Assembly: GCA_030141605.1 (NCBI GenBank)
Contig: JAQGDQ010001401.1
Span: forward strand, 1 to 42,588
Source of the DNA: Tubiluchus corallicola
Taxonomy: Eukaryota; Animalia; Priapulida
DNA: 42,588 bases
Reading direction: 5' to 3'
In this document: one piece after another, positions 38,664-42,588 of the stretch
Position numbering within the stretch: position 1 is the first letter of the stretch
Layout: each line of letters opens with the position of its first letter
The notes under the pieces: generated by a model
What the model was told of the DNA's origin: nothing
Database searches by the model: none
Seen by the model: only the letters and a program-made list of their open reading frames with translations
Position numbers and translations under genes: made by a program

Positions 38664-38749
38664 GGCAATGGGTGGTAAAGAGGCGGAAATGGCAGAAAGG
38701 GAGAGGTGGATCAACAAAGAGAGAGCAAAAATACAAGCCAGCGTCGACG
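38664..38749 (+). CDS. DNAAF1: DNAAF1 exon (AMGGKEAEMAERERWINKERAKIQASVD); no further exon or stop recognised in the window
   Basis: GGxxAExxER coiled-coil segment with tttcag/gtaaga boundaries. Confidence 0.88.
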
Positions 38750-38816
38750 GTAAGACTGCCCGCCCCTTTTGTTTAGTTTTGTGTTTGTAGTTTAGCCTTG
38801 ACAAGACAGTCTAAAG

Positions 38817-40244
38817 ATTGATTGAATTCTGTGAGTGAGGTAATAATTGATTGAATTCTGTGAGTGAGGTAATAATTGATTGAATTCTGTGAGTGATTTC
38901 ATAATTGATTGAATTCTGTGAGTGATTTCATAATTGATTGAATTCTGTGAGTGAGGTCATAATTGATTGAATTCTGTGAGTGAGGTCATAATTGATTGAA
39001 TTCTGTGAGTGAGGTCATAATTGATTGAATTCTGTGAGTGAGGTCATAATTGATTGAATTCTGTGAGCGAGGTCATAATTGATTGAATTATGTGAGTGAG
39101 GTCATAATTGATTGAATTCTGTGAGCGAGGTCATAATTGATTGAATTCTGTGAGTGAGGTCATAATTGATTGAATTCTGTGAGTGAGGTAATAATTGATT
39201 GAATTCTGTAAGCGAGGTAATAAAGATTGATTGAATTCTGTGAGTGAGGTAATAAAGATTGATTGAATTCTGTGAGTGAGGTAATAAAGATTGATTGAAT
39301 TCTGTGAGTGAGGTCATAATTGATTGAATTCTGTGAGTGAGGTAATAATTGATTGAATTCTGTGAGTGAGGTCATAATTGATTGAATTCTGTGAGTGAGG
39401 TCATAATTGATTGAATTCTGTGAGTGAGGTCATAATTGATTGAATTCTGTGAGTGAGGTCATAATTGATTGAATTCTGTGAGTGAGGTCATAATTGATTG
39501 AATTCTGTGAGTGAGGTAATAATTGATTGAATTCTGTAAGCGAGGTAATAAAGATTGATTGAATTCTGTGAGTGAGGTAATAAAGATTGATTGAATTCTG
39601 TAAGTGAGGTAATAAAGATTGATTGAATTCTGTGAGTGAGGTCATAATTGATTGAATTCTGTGAATGAGGTAATAAAGATTGATTGAATTCTGTGAGTTA
39701 GTCATAATTGATTGAATTCTGTGAGTGAGGTCATAATTGATTGAATTCTGTGAGTGAGGTCATAATTGATTGAATTCTGTGAGTGAGGTAATAATTGATT
39801 GAATTCTGTGAGTGAGGTAAAATTGATTGAATTCTGTGAGTGAGGTCATAATTGATTGAATTCTGTGAGCGAGGTAATAATTGATTGAATTCTGTGAGCG
39901 AGGTAATAATTGATTGAATTCTGTGAGCGAGGTCATAATTATTTGAATTCTGTGAGTGAGGTAATAATTGATTGAATTCTGTGAGTGAGGTAAAAATTGA
40001 TTGAATTCTGTGAGTGAGGTAAAAATTGATTGAATTCTGTGAGCGAGGTCATAATTGATTGAATTCTGTGAGTGAGGTAATAATTGATTGAATTCTGTGC
40101 GTGAGGTCATAATTGATTGAATTCTGTGCGTGAGGTCATAATTGATTGAATTCTGTGAGTGAGGTCATAATTGATTGAATTCTGTGAGTGAGGTAAAAAT
40201 TGATTGAATTCTCTGAGTGAGGTAAAAATTGATTGAATTCTGTG
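38817..40244 (+). repeat. 29-bp minisatellite, ~48 copies, ending at the foldback junction
   Basis: Unit attgattgaattctgtgagtgaggtcata, with 28- and 31-bp variants. Confidence 0.96.
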
Positions 40245-42588
40245 CAGCTGTTTCTGTGTTTGTTTACAATATGACTGACCGATGGGCATCGAGATTCTAG
40301 CTGCTAAGCAGCCTGAGCTTGTCACTGTCCATATGATGATATTGATTGATTATATAATGTGTCATATAACATATGTCAAGTGTGGTATTGCTTATACAGG
40401 ATAAAGTCGCATTTGACCATATTGATCCATTGCCTCTGAATTACACATTGATAATTGATAGCTTATATATCCCTAATTATATGTGGCTACCATAATGTTT
40501 ACAGTGCTAAAGGGCTCTTCAGGTTTTAATCCAACCCCGCGACTAGTTATTAACTCTCGACATCCCTTACCAGTATTGGCTTAATCAATTTTATACGTTA
40601 TCCGATTGAACTCCTTTCCATTTCATATCTCCTCTCTCTTTCTCTATCTTTGACTATTGTCTTATCTTAACTATTCTCCCCGTTTTTCTATAATTCTTTC
40701 TCTTGTTAATTAAGCAGTTTTTTCCCCACTTTTCATGGTGGTCTTACAAGCTTTGCTTCTTGACCACCATGCAGCATATAAATACTATTATGCAGTTAGT
40801 AACTATATTAATATGGTTCTTTTACAATTATTGTCATTACAATTGATTAGATGTATAACAGTTACAATGTGATAATGTAATTACGCAGAGGTTGACAATA
40901 AATTACGTCAATTTTACCGATCGCGCCACAAAATCTAAAATTTCATCTTTATCAGGCTGTACAACTTGCAGGACTTCATAGCTCTTGTGTGCGTATAACG
41001 AAGCAAAGCAAATCTACCTTTGAAGTGAAGATACAGCACATCATTCAAATATGGGGTCAAGTACAACTTCTGCTGTTTACAGATTTTCCGCAGAGACTGC
41101 TTGGTCATTCTGAAAACAACGCAAAACATTAATATCTAAAATGATTTTTAGACACGACAATTAAAAAGGCCGTTAAAGGTCAGTTAAACAGTTTGGACAC
41201 TCTGAACTAAAAAAATAATCTGTGCAATTGTTAGTTATCTTCTTCTGTAGGAATGAATTTAACAGAAAATAGTTCTTACTTTTTACACTATTTTCCTACT
41301 TTTTACACTACACTACACTACCTATACAATATGGGTAGTACTGAACTTTACTATCATCTGAAATCCCCTGAGCTTTGGCATAATGCACAGACATTGTGAA
41401 AGTCATGTTTGAGGTTGTAGTTGAACACTTTGTAGAAAAAGAATAAAACACTATACTACATATCTGCACAAAACTGAAAACGTTTATTAGACTATATCCA
41501 CATATGTAGAATGACTGCTACACTGCACACTGAGGACAAGAGTGTCCTGCACTGATCACTGAGAGTTAGACTGTAAGTGACATGAGTATCACGACTGGCA
41601 TGACTTCTGCATTGCATTGAGAGTGTGACAGAGAGTCACATAAGTAGCACGACTGCACTGCACTGAGAGCGTGACTAGAAGTAGAATCCAGTCAGTATAT
41701 ATAGGTATAGGTAATTATGCAAACTTGGCTTCACAAATACCATTACAGTAAAATAGGGAGAGATCCTATACCGAACAACTATACTAGGGGTGAGTTTAGC
41801 TAGCAAAATGTAAAGTGATTAGTCAATAGATGGCACCTAAAAATATACAGTTACAACTTCCACAGACATGATAAGTTCAACATACGTGAAATCAATAAAT
41901 CTATACCATTGATTTTACATCATTATCATGCCCACGAATTGGTCAATAAACCAGTTTTGTACACTCAAAGTACCAGTAAGAATTTCTACTCGGATTATTA
42001 AATTTTATTGGCAAAAGCACATGTGCAAAAAAGCTTAACAAATTAAAATTTAGAGAAATAACTGAGGTAAAAACTATTGCTGACACTTGCTAAAGGCATT
42101 GGCGAGGTTTGAACCTGAAAGCTCTTTTGATTACTCTAGAAAAAGTTTTCAGAACAACCAAAAAGCCATCTAAATCAAAATAAACCGAGATACTACAAGT
42201 TAAAAATGATAAAATTTCAGTTGTTCCAAACCTGGAATTATTATGCCACAAAAGCAGAATAATTCTCTAGATTTTAGATGCTGAATGTAAATAAGAAACA
42301 GAACAAAAATACCACAATGACGATGACTATTATTATTATTTCAGCCTGCCCATTTGCCAATGTTCAGAAGACTTACTAGGCAATATTTAATTGTACTCAT
42401 TCGCTAGGTATAATATAGTATTCTTTCTCCAACCTGCAATTCTGGGAAGCATACAGCCAACATGAGCCCAAGCGAAAGACGATTCAGAATAAAAACTTAT
42501 TATTAAACTAAAGTGAGAGAGCGTGACAATAACGCAAGTCAAGACTCACCTCACATCGTTAGTCTTCAGCATGACGTCCGATGTCGTT
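40239..42588 (-). pseudogene. DNAAF1: Inverted duplicate of the DNAAF1 5' region 25113-27437 (exon 42550-42572, exon 41018-41109), running off the window end
   Basis: Colinear reverse complement with small indels. ORF 40935-41129 encodes the same peptide as 26545-26745. Confidence 0.9.

Overview
AT-rich, intron-containing animal (probably invertebrate) genomic DNA. There are three recognisable genes. (1) The first three coding exons of an AAMP/Sqt1-family WD40 gene (+, 4083-11469). (2) A single-exon 513-aa C2H2 zinc-finger ORF (+, 22190-23731). (3) Eight exons of DNAAF1/LRRC50 (+, 25129-38749), with an RFX X-box just upstream. The dominant structure is that both spliced genes run into an inverted copy of their own 5' portion. 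One is a ~20 kb quasi-palindrome (176-9696 vs 11543-20457) carrying AAMP exons 1-2 in both arms and exon 3 in the spacer. The other is a foldback (25113-27437 vs 40239-42588, running off the window) carrying DNAAF1 exons 1-2. Both inner junctions sit at minisatellite arrays. Introns hold a 5S-rRNA-headed element with a 12-bp target-site duplication (SINE3-like), a tRNA-derived SINE, TTAA-flanked MITE-like elements and many tandem arrays. Most short ORFs in the supplied track are repeat-derived noise. Gene identities rest on recalled protein motifs, not database searches. Haplotype mis-assembly cannot be excluded as the source of the foldbacks.
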